Shown here piece after piece: positions 48,321 through 58,063 of a stretch of 64,000 nt of DNA. Source of the DNA: an uncultured Planctomycetota bacterium (lineage in GTDB: Bacteria; Planctomycetota; PLA2; JAEUHO01). The notes under the pieces are model-generated. The model had not been told where the DNA came from. It was given only the letters and a program-made list of their open reading frames with translations, and did no database searches. The translations under genes were made by a program, and so were the position numbers. Location: the NCBI GenBank assembly GCA_963752285.1, contig CAVVXN010000001.1, forward strand, positions 64,001 through 128,000, written 5' to 3'. Each line of letters begins with the position of its first letter. The stretch's first letter is position 1.

Positions 48321-51289
48321 CGCGCCGCGCGGCCCGGTCCCTGGCCCTCCTCGTCACCGTGGCCCTCGCAGTGCTGGGCGGGCCCCCGGCGGCGGCCGGC
48401 GAGTCTTCGCGCTCCAACGTGAAGCTCGACCAGGCCGCATTCCGGTTCGTGAAGGCCTTCTCGGACGGCGACGAGGACGCGATGCGCGCCGTGGCCGAGG
48501 ACCGCTCGTACGACGCCCGAAGCCTCGCCGACCGGATGCTCGCGCTCTACGAGTACGCGTGGACTCGGTCCTCGCCGCGGCAGAAGGTCATCATGGACGC
48601 GATCGGCGCCTACGCGGAGCGCGCCCGCTCGCGGCCCGAGGTGCGGGGACTGCCCCAGGTCGTCGCGGCCTGGGCCCTCCTCGCGCCGAAGGACCTGGCG
48701 CGAAACCAGTGGTTGCGCGGGATCGTGGACCAGGTGCACCAGGCGGAGGACCGGACGGAACCGGCGAAGGTCCTCGAGATCCTCGCGACGGCGAAGTCCG
48801 CGCTGGCCGTGCAGCCGCCCACCCTGTCGGTGCTCGTGTTGCGCGAGTCCGAGGCCCGCGCCCTCCGGAGCACGGGTCGCCTGGACGAGGCGGTCGCCGC
48901 CTGCGGGCGGGCGAAGGACGTCGCCGAGGCGCTCCGCTCGCCTCGGGACGAGGCCTACTGCCTCGAGCTGCTCGGCCTGGTCCAGGCCCGCGCCAACCGG
49001 ACCGCCGAGGCGGCGGCGGCGTACGAGGAGGCGCTGGCGATCCGGGAGGACTTCGGGCCCCCGAGGAACGCGACGTGGGTGCGGGTCGAGCTCTGCCGCG
49101 CGTGGTCCGAGCTCGGGAGGCTCGCCGACGCGCTCGCGGTCGGCGAGCGTGCGCTGAGCGACCAACGCGACCTCGGCGACCCGGATCTCCTCGGGCGGAA
49201 CCTCTTCGTGCTCGCGTGTGCGCGGCGCGACCTCTTCGATCCCGCGGGCGCGCGGGACCTCTACGAGCGGGCCGCCGCGGCGTACCGAACCGCCAAGGAC
49301 GACCTGGCCTCGGCGACGGCCCTCTCGGGCTCCGCGTGCATGCGCCTGACGAACCCGGCGCGCGACCTCGACGGCGCGAAGGAGCGATACGAGCAGGTTC
49401 TCGCGACCGCGAAGGCCCACGACGACGCGTACCTCGCGCTCCTGGCCACGTACGGGCTCGGCAGCACGGCGCGGGACCGCGGCGACACTCGGGAGGCCGT
49501 CGAGCTCCACGAGCGCGCCCTCGCCATGGCGACCGATCAGCAGAAGCAGGACATCGCCATGTACGTCCTCGCCGCCCTCGGCTCCGACCACCTGGTGCGC
49601 GGCGAGCCGAAGGCGGCCGTGGACGCGCTCGAGCGCGCCATCCGGATCGCGGACGAGATGCACTTCCCCCAGCGACGGCTCGGGATCACGCACCGTCTCC
49701 TCGCGCGGGCCTACCACGAGAGCGGTCGTCCGCACGACGCCGTGGTGGCCGCCGAGGCCGGGCTCGTGCTGCGGCGGGACCGGGCGCGGGAGCTCGGAGA
49801 GGGCTTCAGCGCCACGGAGCAGGCGGGGGTCCGGGCGACCGCGGACACGGGCATCCTGGCCGCCCTCCGCTGGGTCGCGCGCGAGCCGCGGGCGCGCGCG
49901 GACGCGGCCGCCGCCGCCTTCCTCCTCTCCGAGGCGGCGCGCGCCGAGTTCCTCGCCGACCGGCTGATCGACGCGGGCGACCCGATCGAGACGCGGGAGG
50001 AGCGCGCGGAGCAGGAGTCCGCACGCCGGAGGCTCGACGACGCGAGACGGAGCGTCCTCCTCCTCGCGTTCGGCGAGGCGCGGGACGACGCGGCCCTCGC
50101 GGCCGCGAAGAAGGCGTACGAGGAGGCGGGCGCCCGGCTCCGCGAGCTCCGCGCGCGCGCCGACCTGCGTCGCGACACGGCGCGCGGGGGCGCGGACCCG
50201 GTCTCGCTCGAGGAGGCGCAGCGGGCGCTGCCCGAGGGCACGGCCCTCGTCTTGTACCAGGTCACCTACGAGCGGCTCGTGGCCGTGGTCGTCACGCGCG
50301 GGGGCGCGGACCTGGTGGACCTGGGCGAGCCCGCCCCGGTGATCGAGGCGTCGAAACGATGGCTCGACGCGATCGCGTCTCCGGACGGGGAGGAGGGCGA
50401 CCTGCCCGAGACCCTGTACGACGCGCTCGTCGGACCGCTCGCGTCGCGCCTCACGGACGCGCGAACGCTCCTCGTCGGTCGCGACGGCCCCCTCGAGTAC
50501 CTCCCCTTCGAGGCGCTGGTCCATCGGGAGGACGGGCGCCCGCGACGCGCCGTCGAGCGGTGGACGATCTCGTACGTGCCCTCGGCGACCGTCTACGCGA
50601 CGCTCGAGAGCCGTGCCGACTCCGCGCCCCCGCGGGACTCGCTCGTCGCCCTGGGCGACCCCGTGTATCCCGGCGAGACCGGTCGGCCGGACGCGGAGCG
50701 GAGCGTGGCGCGCACGCGCGGGCTCGCGAGCCTCGATCGGCTGTTCGCGAGCGGCGACGAGGTCCGGGCGGTCGCGGCGCGCTTCGCCCCCGCCCGTCGG
50801 ACGGTCCTCCTTCGCGAGGACGCGACGCGTGCGCGCCTCGCCGACGCCGTCCGGGCCGACGGGAACCGGCTCCGCGTCCTCCACCTCGCGTGCCACGGCT
50901 TCGTGGACGAGCGGATTCCGTACGGCTCCGGCCTCGTCCTCTCCGGGGCCGACGTTTTGAGCGTGGACGACGTGTCCCGGATGCGCCTGTCCGCGGACGT
51001 CGTCGTGCTCTCCGCCTGCGAGAGCGGCCGGGGCCGGGCGCGGGTGGGCGAGGGGATCCTCGGCCTGCCGCGCGCGTTCCTCACCGCGGGGGCGACGCGC
51101 GTGGTCGCGGCGGACCGCGCCATCGCCGACGAGGACGCGCGCGACCTCCTGTCCCGGTTCTACGACGCGTATCTCGACGGCGGTCTCGCCCCCGCGGCCG
51201 CCCTCCGCGCGGCCAAGCTCCAGCGCATCCGCGCGGGCGGCCCCGCGGCGCACCCGTACGCCTGGGCGGGCCTCGTGCTCTGGGAGTGA
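48317..51289 (+). CDS. TPR + CHAT (caspase-like) protease with signal peptide
   Basis: LPFEAL, LHLACHG (His), VVLSACESG (Cys), HPYAWAG; TPR helices. Confidence 0.92.
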   Translation: MTRRAARSLALLVTVALAVLGGPPAAAGESSRSNVKLDQAAFRFVKAFSDGDEDAMRAVAEDRSYDARSLADRMLALYEYAWTRSSPRQKVIMDAIGAYAERARSRPEVRGLPQVVAAWALLAPKDLARNQWLRGIVDQVHQAEDRTEPAKVLEILATAKSALAVQPPTLSVLVLRESEARALRSTGRLDEAVAACGRAKDVAEALRSPRDEAYCLELLGLVQARANRTAEAAAAYEEALAIREDFGPPRNATWVRVELCRAWSELGRLADALAVGERALSDQRDLGDPDLLGRNLFVLACARRDLFDPAGARDLYERAAAAYRTAKDDLASATALSGSACMRLTNPARDLDGAKERYEQVLATAKAHDDAYLALLATYGLGSTARDRGDTREAVELHERALAMATDQQKQDIAMYVLAALGSDHLVRGEPKAAVDALERAIRIADEMHFPQRRLGITHRLLARAYHESGRPHDAVVAAEAGLVLRRDRARELGEGFSATEQAGVRATADTGILAALRWVAREPRARADAAAAAFLLSEAARAEFLADRLIDAGDPIETREERAEQESARRRLDDARRSVLLLAFGEARDDAALAAAKKAYEEAGARLRELRARADLRRDTARGGADPVSLEEAQRALPEGTALVLYQVTYERLVAVVVTRGGADLVDLGEPAPVIEASKRWLDAIASPDGEEGDLPETLYDALVGPLASRLTDARTLLVGRDGPLEYLPFEALVHREDGRPRRAVERWTISYVPSATVYATLESRADSAPPRDSLVALGDPVYPGETGRPDAERSVARTRGLASLDRLFASGDEVRAVAARFAPARRTVLLREDATRARLADAVRADGNRLRVLHLACHGFVDERIPYGSGLVLSGADVLSVDDVSRMRLSADVVVLSACESGRGRARVGEGILGLPRAFLTAGATRVVAADRAIADEDARDLLSRFYDAYLDGGLAPAAALRAAKLQRIRAGGPAAHPYAWAGLVLWE

Positions 51290-51532
51290 GCGCGCCGGCT
51301 GCGCCGCGCGCCGCGGACCGCGCGCGTCCCGACGCCGGCATCGACGACCCGACGACGCTGCGTCCCCCCACCGGAGGCGCCTCGCTTGCGACGCCTCGAT
51401 GCACCGGGGCCTCTGCCCGTCGGGGTGAACGGAAGCGGCATTCGGCGCGATCTCGTTCCTGCTGCGGAAGGGCGTCGATGCGGGCACGCAGGCGTGTCTC
51501 ACCGGTGAGGACCGCCGCCCCGGCCGGGTGGG

Positions 51533-52417
51533 TCAACGGTAGAGGATCGAGAGGAGCACCAGGCGCTCCCCGTGGCGCAGAGGCTCTCGCGCGTGGACCA
51601 CCCCGCACTCCATGGCGACGGCGGAGCCCGGCTCGATCTCGTGCCGGTGGACCGCGCCGCGCGGGCCGTACGTCAGGAGCGCCGAGCCCGAGGAAGACCC
51701 GTTCGGCAGCGCGCGGTCCACGCACACGAGCAGGTTCACGGTGAAGCCCGGGTCGTCGGCGTGGGGCCACGTGTGGTCGCGCGGCTTCGTGTAGTAGAGG
51801 TACTTCGCGACGAGACCCGGCGAGACGTCGCGCCCCACGGCGCGGGCTACGGCGCGGCAGAGTCGGGCATCGACGGCGAGCTCGCACCCTCGCCGTCCGG
51901 GCCGCCGGCCACTCGCGACGCGCCCGACGCGAAGGCCCCGCGAGGCGTCGCGTCGAAGGGCGTGGAGCCGCCGCGCGTCGAGCCCGGGGAGCGCGTCGAG
52001 CGGCACGACGGCGGTGGGGTAGCCGATCCCGAAGAAGTGCACCAGCGCGTTCCAGCCCGCGCGCAGCACGGGATCGGTCGGGACGCGACCGTCCGGGGCG
52101 AGCCCGGTCGGCGCGTACTGGAGCAGGATGCGGAGCGGACGGTCCGCGCCGGCCCCGCGACGCTCGATCGTCCGCGCGAGGCGGCGCGCGAGGCGGAGCG
52201 CCGTCCGGCCCCAGGTGGCCCGCGGTCCCGCCGCGCGTCGCCACGCGGCGGCGTGGGTACGGAGGACGCGGACCCGCGGGTCCCGCCGGCCCGAGACGTG
52301 GCGCAGGTTGATGTCGTCCTCGGGCAGGCGGTACGCGAGCTCGCCCGCGGTCAGGAGCAGGTCGAGGAGCGCCCGGGCGGGCGGGTCGTCGCAGAACGCC
52401 TCCCGGGCGCGGGGCAC
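51533..52417 (-). CDS. Putative 2OG-Fe(II) oxygenase
   Basis: C-terminal YLYY..PHADD (HxD), VVHAREP (His), GERLVL (Arg); true start may be ATG 52485 if the G5 run lacks one base. Confidence 0.62.
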   Translation of the reverse strand: MPRAREAFCDDPPARALLDLLLTAGELAYRLPEDDINLRHVSGRRDPRVRVLRTHAAAWRRAAGPRATWGRTALRLARRLARTIERRGAGADRPLRILLQYAPTGLAPDGRVPTDPVLRAGWNALVHFFGIGYPTAVVPLDALPGLDARRLHALRRDASRGLRVGRVASGRRPGRRGCELAVDARLCRAVARAVGRDVSPGLVAKYLYYTKPRDHTWPHADDPGFTVNLLVCVDRALPNGSSSGSALLTYGPRGAVHRHEIEPGSAVAMECGVVHAREPLRHGERLVLLSILYR

Positions 52418-52497
52418 CGCGTCGCGGAAGGGCAGGGAGTAGCGGATCGCCGCGGTGGGGCGCGCGAGCCGCCCCCGCGGAGCATCGAAGCCTACGA

Positions 52498-52617
52498 CTA
52501 CTGCTCCTGCCCCAGCGAGGCGCGGCCCCCCTTGACCTTGGCGGCGTCCGCCTTGCGAACGGGCAGGTCCTTGGGGCTCTTCGCGGACGCGTTCTTGCTC
52601 GGCTTCTTCGAGGGCAT
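52498..52617 (-). CDS. Putative double-glycine leader precursor peptide (39 aa), absent from the ORF track
   Basis: MPSKKPSKNASAKSPKDLPVRKADAAKVKGG-RASLGQEQ; GGAGG RBS; high GC3; divergent from the C39 exporter operon. Confidence 0.78.
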   Translation of the reverse strand: MPSKKPSKNASAKSPKDLPVRKADAAKVKGGRASLGQEQ

Positions 52618-52701
52618 CACCGATCCTCCGGGTTGGGGTGGCGACTACTATGTCAATCCCCGCGGCGGCGGCAAGGCCCTGGGCGTGGAGGTGAGAGGCG
52701 C

Positions 52702-53679
52702 TTGGCCGAACCCGAGCTCGAACCGCCCGCGGCGCTCACGGCCACGGTCTTCGAGATCGCCGGACGGCCGGTCACGGTGCGAGACGTGGTTCGTGCGGCG
52801 GACGCACGAGGGGCCCTCGACGACGCCAAAGGCCGATTCGTCGCGGGCCTCGAGGCCGAGGCGCGGGCCCGGGAGGCCGGGGAGGCCCCCCCCGACGACG
52901 CCGTCGAGGCGCGCGCGAACGAGATCCGGTACGAGCGCAACCTGATCACCGCCGAGGAGGCGGAGTCGTGGCTTTCGGCCCGGGGTCTCACGTACGACGC
53001 GCTCCTCGATCACTGTCGTCGCGAGCTCCTCCGGGAGGCCGAGGCCGCTGTGGCCGACCGCGCGAGAGGCCTCGTACCGCCCGAACGCGAGGCCGACTTC
53101 CTCGCCTACCTCGTGTTCTCGGGCGAGCTCGATGGCCAGGCGCGGGAGCTGGCGCGACGCCTCGTGGTGAGCGACCCGGACGGGGACCTCTCGCCCGACC
53201 GCCTGCGGTCGGTGGAGGCGTCCTACCGACGACACCTGTCGGCGCTCACGGCGGAGCGGGAACGCGAACGCGTCCTGGCCCTCCTGCGCCTCCCCTTGAC
53301 GCGGGTGGACGTCGAGGTCCTCGACGCGCCTTCGCTCGACGCGGCGCGGGAGGTCGTCCTGTGCCTTCGCCAGGACGGCGCCGACACCGCGGCGCTCGCG
53401 GCGGAGACCGGGTACCCCCACGCGCGGGCTTCGCCGTTCCTGGACGACCTCGAGGACGACGTGCGCGACGCGCTCCTCTCCGCGGCGCCCGGCGACGTGC
53501 TGGAACCGGTCGAGGAGCCCCCGCGCGTGCGCGTCTTCCGCCTGCGCTCGAAACGCGAGCCGACGCTCGAAGACCCCGAGGTGCGCGAGCGCGTGGACCA
53601 GCGGATCGTCGACGCGCACTTCGCCGAGCGGGTCGCGCGGACCGTGAGGTGGCGGCTCTCGGACGAGCGGAACCGATGA
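52702..53679 (+). CDS. PpiC/SurA-like (peptidylprolyl isomerase-related) maturation protein
   Basis: RYERNLITAEE..WL..RGL, DAAREVVLC, LLSAAPGDVLEPV; TTG start after GGAGG; coupled to the ABC gene. Confidence 0.62.
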   Translation: MAEPELEPPAALTATVFEIAGRPVTVRDVVRAADARGALDDAKGRFVAGLEAEARAREAGEAPPDDAVEARANEIRYERNLITAEEAESWLSARGLTYDALLDHCRRELLREAEAAVADRARGLVPPEREADFLAYLVFSGELDGQARELARRLVVSDPDGDLSPDRLRSVEASYRRHLSALTAERERERVLALLRLPLTRVDVEVLDAPSLDAAREVVLCLRQDGADTAALAAETGYPHARASPFLDDLEDDVRDALLSAAPGDVLEPVEEPPRVRVFRLRSKREPTLEDPEVRERVDQRIVDAHFAERVARTVRWRLSDERNR

Positions 53680-56600
53680 GCGAGCTCCTCCGAGAGAGCC
53701 CCCTCGAACGCACGGTCTTCCGGTTCCTCGGCGCCGGGGCCCGCGCCGCCCTGCTCGAACGGTTCACCCCGTGCCGCTTCGCGTTCGGCGACGTCGTCGT
53801 ACGCCAGGGCGAGGAGGCCGACGCCTACTACGTGATGACGGAGGGACGTGCGCGGGTCCTCCGCACGACCGAGACGGGCGAGGAGATCTCGCTGCGGGTC
53901 CTCCGGACGGGGGACGAGTTCGGCGAGGCCGCGCTCTCGCCCGGCGGCGCGCGGTCGGCCACGGTTCGGTGCAGCAGCCGCGTCGAGGTCCTCCGCCTCG
54001 AACGGACCGCGTTTCTCGCCCTGGCCCACGAGAACCCCGCGATCCGTCACGCGGTCGAGATCGCGGCCCGGTTCAAGACGCTCCACGGGTTCCTGTACGA
54101 GTTCAGCAACTTCGGCCGCCTGTCGGCGCCGTGCGTCCAGCGGTTGGTGGAGAGCCTCGAGCCCGAGCCGCGCGCGCGCGGCGAGGTCTTCCTCCGCGAG
54201 GGCGACCCGCCCGGCCCGATGTACGTGATCCAGCAAGGCCGCGTCCGGCTCTTCACGACCCGCGGCGGTCGCGAGCACAACCTCGCATTCCGGCGGGAGG
54301 GCGAGTTCTTCGGCGAGATGTCCGCCTTGAGCGGCACGCCGCGGTCCGCGTCCGCCGAGGCGACGACCGACACCGTGCTCCTCGCGCTTCGACCGCAGGC
54401 GGTGAACCGCCTCCGGGAGGAGTTCCCGGATCTCGGCCGCCTGCTCGAAGAACGCATCGCCCAGTACCGGTCCGACGAGGCCGCGCGCGTACCGCTCGAC
54501 TTCGCCACCGAGATGCTGCCGGCGGACGCGTCCGTCGAGAACAAGGTCGGCCTGGACCTCGAGGACGAGACGCCCGCCCCCGGTCCCGACGCCGCGGCGG
54601 TGAAGGTCCCGCGCCTGCGGCGTCGGTTCCGGTCCTTCCCCTACGTCGCGCAGATCGACGAGATGGACTGCGCCGCCGCGGCACTCGCCATGGTCTGCCG
54701 CCACCACGGGCGCAAGGTGGCGCTGCCCCGCATCCGCGAGCTGTGCCAGACCTCCACCGACGGCACGAGCCTCAAGGCGATCTGCCACGCCGCCCGCGAG
54801 CTGGGCCTGGCGGCGCGCGCGGCGAAAGTGTCCGCGCGCGAGATCGACGGCCTGCCGCTGCCGGCGATCGCCCATTGGGAGGGGAACCACTGGGTCGTCG
54901 TGCACGCGGTGGACCGCGGCCACGTCCACGTCGCCGATCCCGCGCAGGGCCTCCGCAAGATCGACCGGCGCGCGTTCCTCGAACGCTGGACCGGCTACGC
55001 CGCCCTCTTCGACTACACGACCGCCTTCGAGCACGCCCCCGAGGGCCGGCCGGCGCTCTCCTGGATCTGGCCCTTCTTCGGACGCCACCGCGCGGTCCTC
55101 GTGAAGGTGCTCCTCCTCGCCGGTGTCGTCAGCGCGCTCCAGCTCGTCCTGCCGCTCCTCACGCAGACGGTGATCGACTCCGTGATCGTCGGCAAGGACG
55201 TGAGCCTCCTCGCGACCATCATGCTCGGCATCGGCGCGGCCCTCGTGTTCATGGTCCTCGCGAGCGTCGTCCAGCAGTACCTGCTCGCCTACGCGGCGGT
55301 GCGCATCGACTCGGCGATCCTCGACTTCCTGACGCGCCGGCTGCTCGCGCTCCCGATGCGGTACTTCCAGACCCGGCGCACCGGCGACATCCAGCGTCGC
55401 CTGGACGGCGCGGAACAGATCCGGGAGCTCGTGGTCCAGCACGGCATCGGCAGCGTCCTCGCGATCGTGCTGCTCCTCGGCTGCCTCGGGCTGATGTTCG
55501 CGTACAGCGCGACCCTCGCGCTCGCCTTCCTCGCGGTTGCGCCGCTGTACGGCGTGCTGGTCTGGCTGTCGGTGCGCTTCTTGAAGCCCATCCTCGCCGA
55601 CCTCGAGGCGAGCCGCGGCCGGTACCGGGCGCACCAGATCGACGCGATCAAGGGCATCGAGGCGGTGAAGGCCGCGTCCGCCGAAGGCGCGTTTCGCGAC
55701 GCGATGCTCTCGCAGTTCCTCTCGGTCACCCGGCAGATGTTCCGCGGAACGTTCTTCTTCATGGGCTACGACAGCGCGATCCAGACGCTCAGCGTGGTCG
55801 CGACGGCCCTCTTCCTCTGGGTCGGCGCCCGCCAGGTCCTCTCGGGCGCGATGTCCGTGGGCGGGTTCGTCGCGTTCAACACCCTCGCGATGATGGCGAA
55901 CGCCTCGATCCTCCGGCTGCTCCAGTCGTGGGAGAAGGCGCTCTCGGCCTCCGTCCTCCTCCACCGGCTCGAGGACGTGGTCGCGCAGGAGCCCGAGCAG
56001 GGCAGCGACCACGCGCGGCTCCGGCCCGTCCCGAGCCTCGAGGGCCGGATCGAGCTCCGGGGCGTCGGCTTCCGCTACGGCGGGCCCGAGTCCCCGCGCA
56101 TCCTCCAGGACGTCACGCTGGACGTGCCCGCCGGGCAGAGCCTCGCGCTCGTGGGACGGAGCGGCTGCGGCAAGACGACCCTCGTGAAGCTCGTGGCCGG
56201 GCTCCTCGAGCCGACGGAGGGCACGATCCTCTTCGATCGCATGGACCTCGCGACGCTCGACCACGCCGCGCTCCGCCGCCACGTCGGCATCGTCCTCCAG
56301 GAGAACCACGTCTTCGACGGGTCGATCCGCGACAACATCGCGTTCGGCGATCCCGACCCGGACCTCGGCCGCGTGCTCTGGGCCGCGCGCATGGCGAACG
56401 CCCACGAGTTCGTGATGCGGCTGCCGCTGGGCTACGAGACACGCGTCGGCGAGTCGGGCCTCGCGCTCTCGGGGGGCCAGAAGCAGCGTGTCGTGATCGC
56501 CCGCGCGCTGTACGCCGATCCCGCGGTCCTGATCTTCGACGAGGCGACCAGCGCGCTCGACTCCGAGTCCGAGCGCGCCATCCAGGAGAGCATGGGCCAG

Positions 56601-56774
56601 CTTCTCGCGGGCCGGACGTCGCTCGTCATCGCCCACCGCCTCTCGACGATCCGCGACGCCGACCGGATCGTCGTCCTCGAGCGGGGGAAGATCGCCGAGG
56701 AGGGCACACACGACGAGCTGATGGCGCTCCGCGGCCTCTACTTCCACCTCTCGAGCCAGCAGGCGACGGGCTGA
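53676..56774 (+). CDS. Peptidase-containing ABC transporter: 2x cNMP-binding + C39 peptidase + TMD + NBD
   Basis: FGE..RSA twice; QIDEMDCAAA, NHWVVV, VADP; GRSGCGKT, LSGGQKQR, DEATSALD, IAHRL. Confidence 0.93.
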   Translation: MSELLRESPLERTVFRFLGAGARAALLERFTPCRFAFGDVVVRQGEEADAYYVMTEGRARVLRTTETGEEISLRVLRTGDEFGEAALSPGGARSATVRCSSRVEVLRLERTAFLALAHENPAIRHAVEIAARFKTLHGFLYEFSNFGRLSAPCVQRLVESLEPEPRARGEVFLREGDPPGPMYVIQQGRVRLFTTRGGREHNLAFRREGEFFGEMSALSGTPRSASAEATTDTVLLALRPQAVNRLREEFPDLGRLLEERIAQYRSDEAARVPLDFATEMLPADASVENKVGLDLEDETPAPGPDAAAVKVPRLRRRFRSFPYVAQIDEMDCAAAALAMVCRHHGRKVALPRIRELCQTSTDGTSLKAICHAARELGLAARAAKVSAREIDGLPLPAIAHWEGNHWVVVHAVDRGHVHVADPAQGLRKIDRRAFLERWTGYAALFDYTTAFEHAPEGRPALSWIWPFFGRHRAVLVKVLLLAGVVSALQLVLPLLTQTVIDSVIVGKDVSLLATIMLGIGAALVFMVLASVVQQYLLAYAAVRIDSAILDFLTRRLLALPMRYFQTRRTGDIQRRLDGAEQIRELVVQHGIGSVLAIVLLLGCLGLMFAYSATLALAFLAVAPLYGVLVWLSVRFLKPILADLEASRGRYRAHQIDAIKGIEAVKAASAEGAFRDAMLSQFLSVTRQMFRGTFFFMGYDSAIQTLSVVATALFLWVGARQVLSGAMSVGGFVAFNTLAMMANASILRLLQSWEKALSASVLLHRLEDVVAQEPEQGSDHARLRPVPSLEGRIELRGVGFRYGGPESPRILQDVTLDVPAGQSLALVGRSGCGKTTLVKLVAGLLEPTEGTILFDRMDLATLDHAALRRHVGIVLQENHVFDGSIRDNIAFGDPDPDLGRVLWAARMANAHEFVMRLPLGYETRVGESGLALSGGQKQRVVIARALYADPAVLIFDEATSALDSESERAIQESMGQLLAGRTSLVIAHRLSTIRDADRIVVLERGKIAEEGTHDELMALRGLYFHLSSQQATG

Positions 56775-56885
56775 CGCTCTCCGCCGGCCGTGCCGGCAGC
56801 GACATCGCGTGGGCCCGGGCCTCTCCGGGGTTGCTCCGCGGGCGTCGCCCCGATGGAATGGCCGACCCAGGCTGGAGAGGTCCCC

Positions 56886-57329
56886 ATGGAACCCACGATC
56901 GAGACGCTCACAAAACGACCCCTGCTCGGCATCCGCGCGCACGTGAAGGTCACGCAGATCGGCGAGCGGATCGGCGAGCTGATGCCGCGTCTCATGGCCG
57001 TCGCCGGTCCCCACGTGGCGGGTCCTCCCGTCGCGCGCTGGCACACGTGGGAGAACGACGAGGGCGAGATGGAGCTCGCGGTGCCCGTCCGGACGCCGGT
57101 CGAGGGCCGGGGCGAGGTCCAGGCCTCCACGCTGCCCGGCGGGCGCGCCGCGGTGTTCACACACGTCGGTTCCTACGAGGGCCTGAAGGACGCGTGGGGT
57201 GGCGTCTCCAAGTGGCTCCAGTCGAGCGCCTACCAGGGCCGGGACGCGCCCTGGGAGGAGTACGTGGACGACGGCCGGAGCACCCCGGTCGAGAGGCTCC
57301 GCACGCGGATCGTCTGGCCGATCGTCTGA
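56886..57329 (+). CDS. GyrI-like small-molecule-binding protein
   Basis: LPGGRAA..H.GSYEGL..AW, PWEEY, LRTRIVWP. Confidence 0.85.
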   Translation: MEPTIETLTKRPLLGIRAHVKVTQIGERIGELMPRLMAVAGPHVAGPPVARWHTWENDEGEMELAVPVRTPVEGRGEVQASTLPGGRAAVFTHVGSYEGLKDAWGGVSKWLQSSAYQGRDAPWEEYVDDGRSTPVERLRTRIVWPIV

Positions 57330-57415
57330 CGCGCCCGCACGGCGCCGCGCGGGGACGGGCGCCGAGGACCGGGACCGGTTGTCCGGCCTCCGGTCGCCTG
57401 CCATCCTCTCGGCGC

Positions 57416-58063
57416 ATGAAGAAGCTCCTCCAGGGCATCCTCGACTTCCGCCGCCGCCGCCCGGCGGGCTACGCGAAGGCGCTCGCCGAGCTCGCGCTCG
57501 GGCAGACGCCCGACGCGCTCCTGATCTGCTGCTCGGACAGTCGCGTCGCGCCGAACGTCTTCGCGTCCGTCGAGCCCGGTGACCTCCTCGTGGTCCGCAA
57601 CGTCGGGAACCTGGTGCCGCCGCACGACGAGGGCGGGACGTCCGAGACGTCCGTGGCCGCCGCGATCGAGCTGGCCGTCGGCGCCCTGCACGTGGAGGAC
57701 GTGATCGTCTGCGGACACTCGGGATGCGCGGCGATGCGCGCGGTCCACGAGGGCGACCGGGCCTCGGTCGCGCCGCCGCTCGCCGCCTGGCTGAAGCACG
57801 GCGAGCCCGCCCTCCGTGGCCTGGGCCGTCCCCCCCGGGGCCTGACGCACGAGAACCACCTGTCGCAGCAAAACACCCTGCTCCAGCTCGAGAACCTCCG
57901 CACGTACCCGGCCGTGCGCGAGGCCGAGACGATCGGGACGCTCCGTCTGCACGCCTGGTGGTTCGACATCGCGCGAGCCGAGGTACAGCATCACGACGAG
58001 GAGCAGGACGGCTTCGTCCCCCTCGACGACGCCTCGGTGGCCCGACTCCTGATGCGCCTCTGA
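57416..58063 (+). CDS. Beta-class carbonic anhydrase
   Basis: GQTP, CSDSR, VRNVGN, GHSGC Zn ligands. Confidence 0.94.
   Translation: MKKLLQGILDFRRRRPAGYAKALAELALGQTPDALLICCSDSRVAPNVFASVEPGDLLVVRNVGNLVPPHDEGGTSETSVAAAIELAVGALHVEDVIVCGHSGCAAMRAVHEGDRASVAPPLAAWLKHGEPALRGLGRPPRGLTHENHLSQQNTLLQLENLRTYPAVREAETIGTLRLHAWWFDIARAEVQHHDEEQDGFVPLDDASVARLLMRL

Noticed and set aside
46375..51289. Type III-E CRISPR (Craspase) locus
   Set aside because: No Cas7-11, array or other cas genes are present; the analogy is mechanistic only.
51290..51532. Riboswitch or sRNA in the gap between convergent genes
   Set aside because: Only a 9-bp inverted pair (GCATCGACG/CGTCGATGC) was seen, with no known aptamer consensus, and it lies at gene 3' ends.
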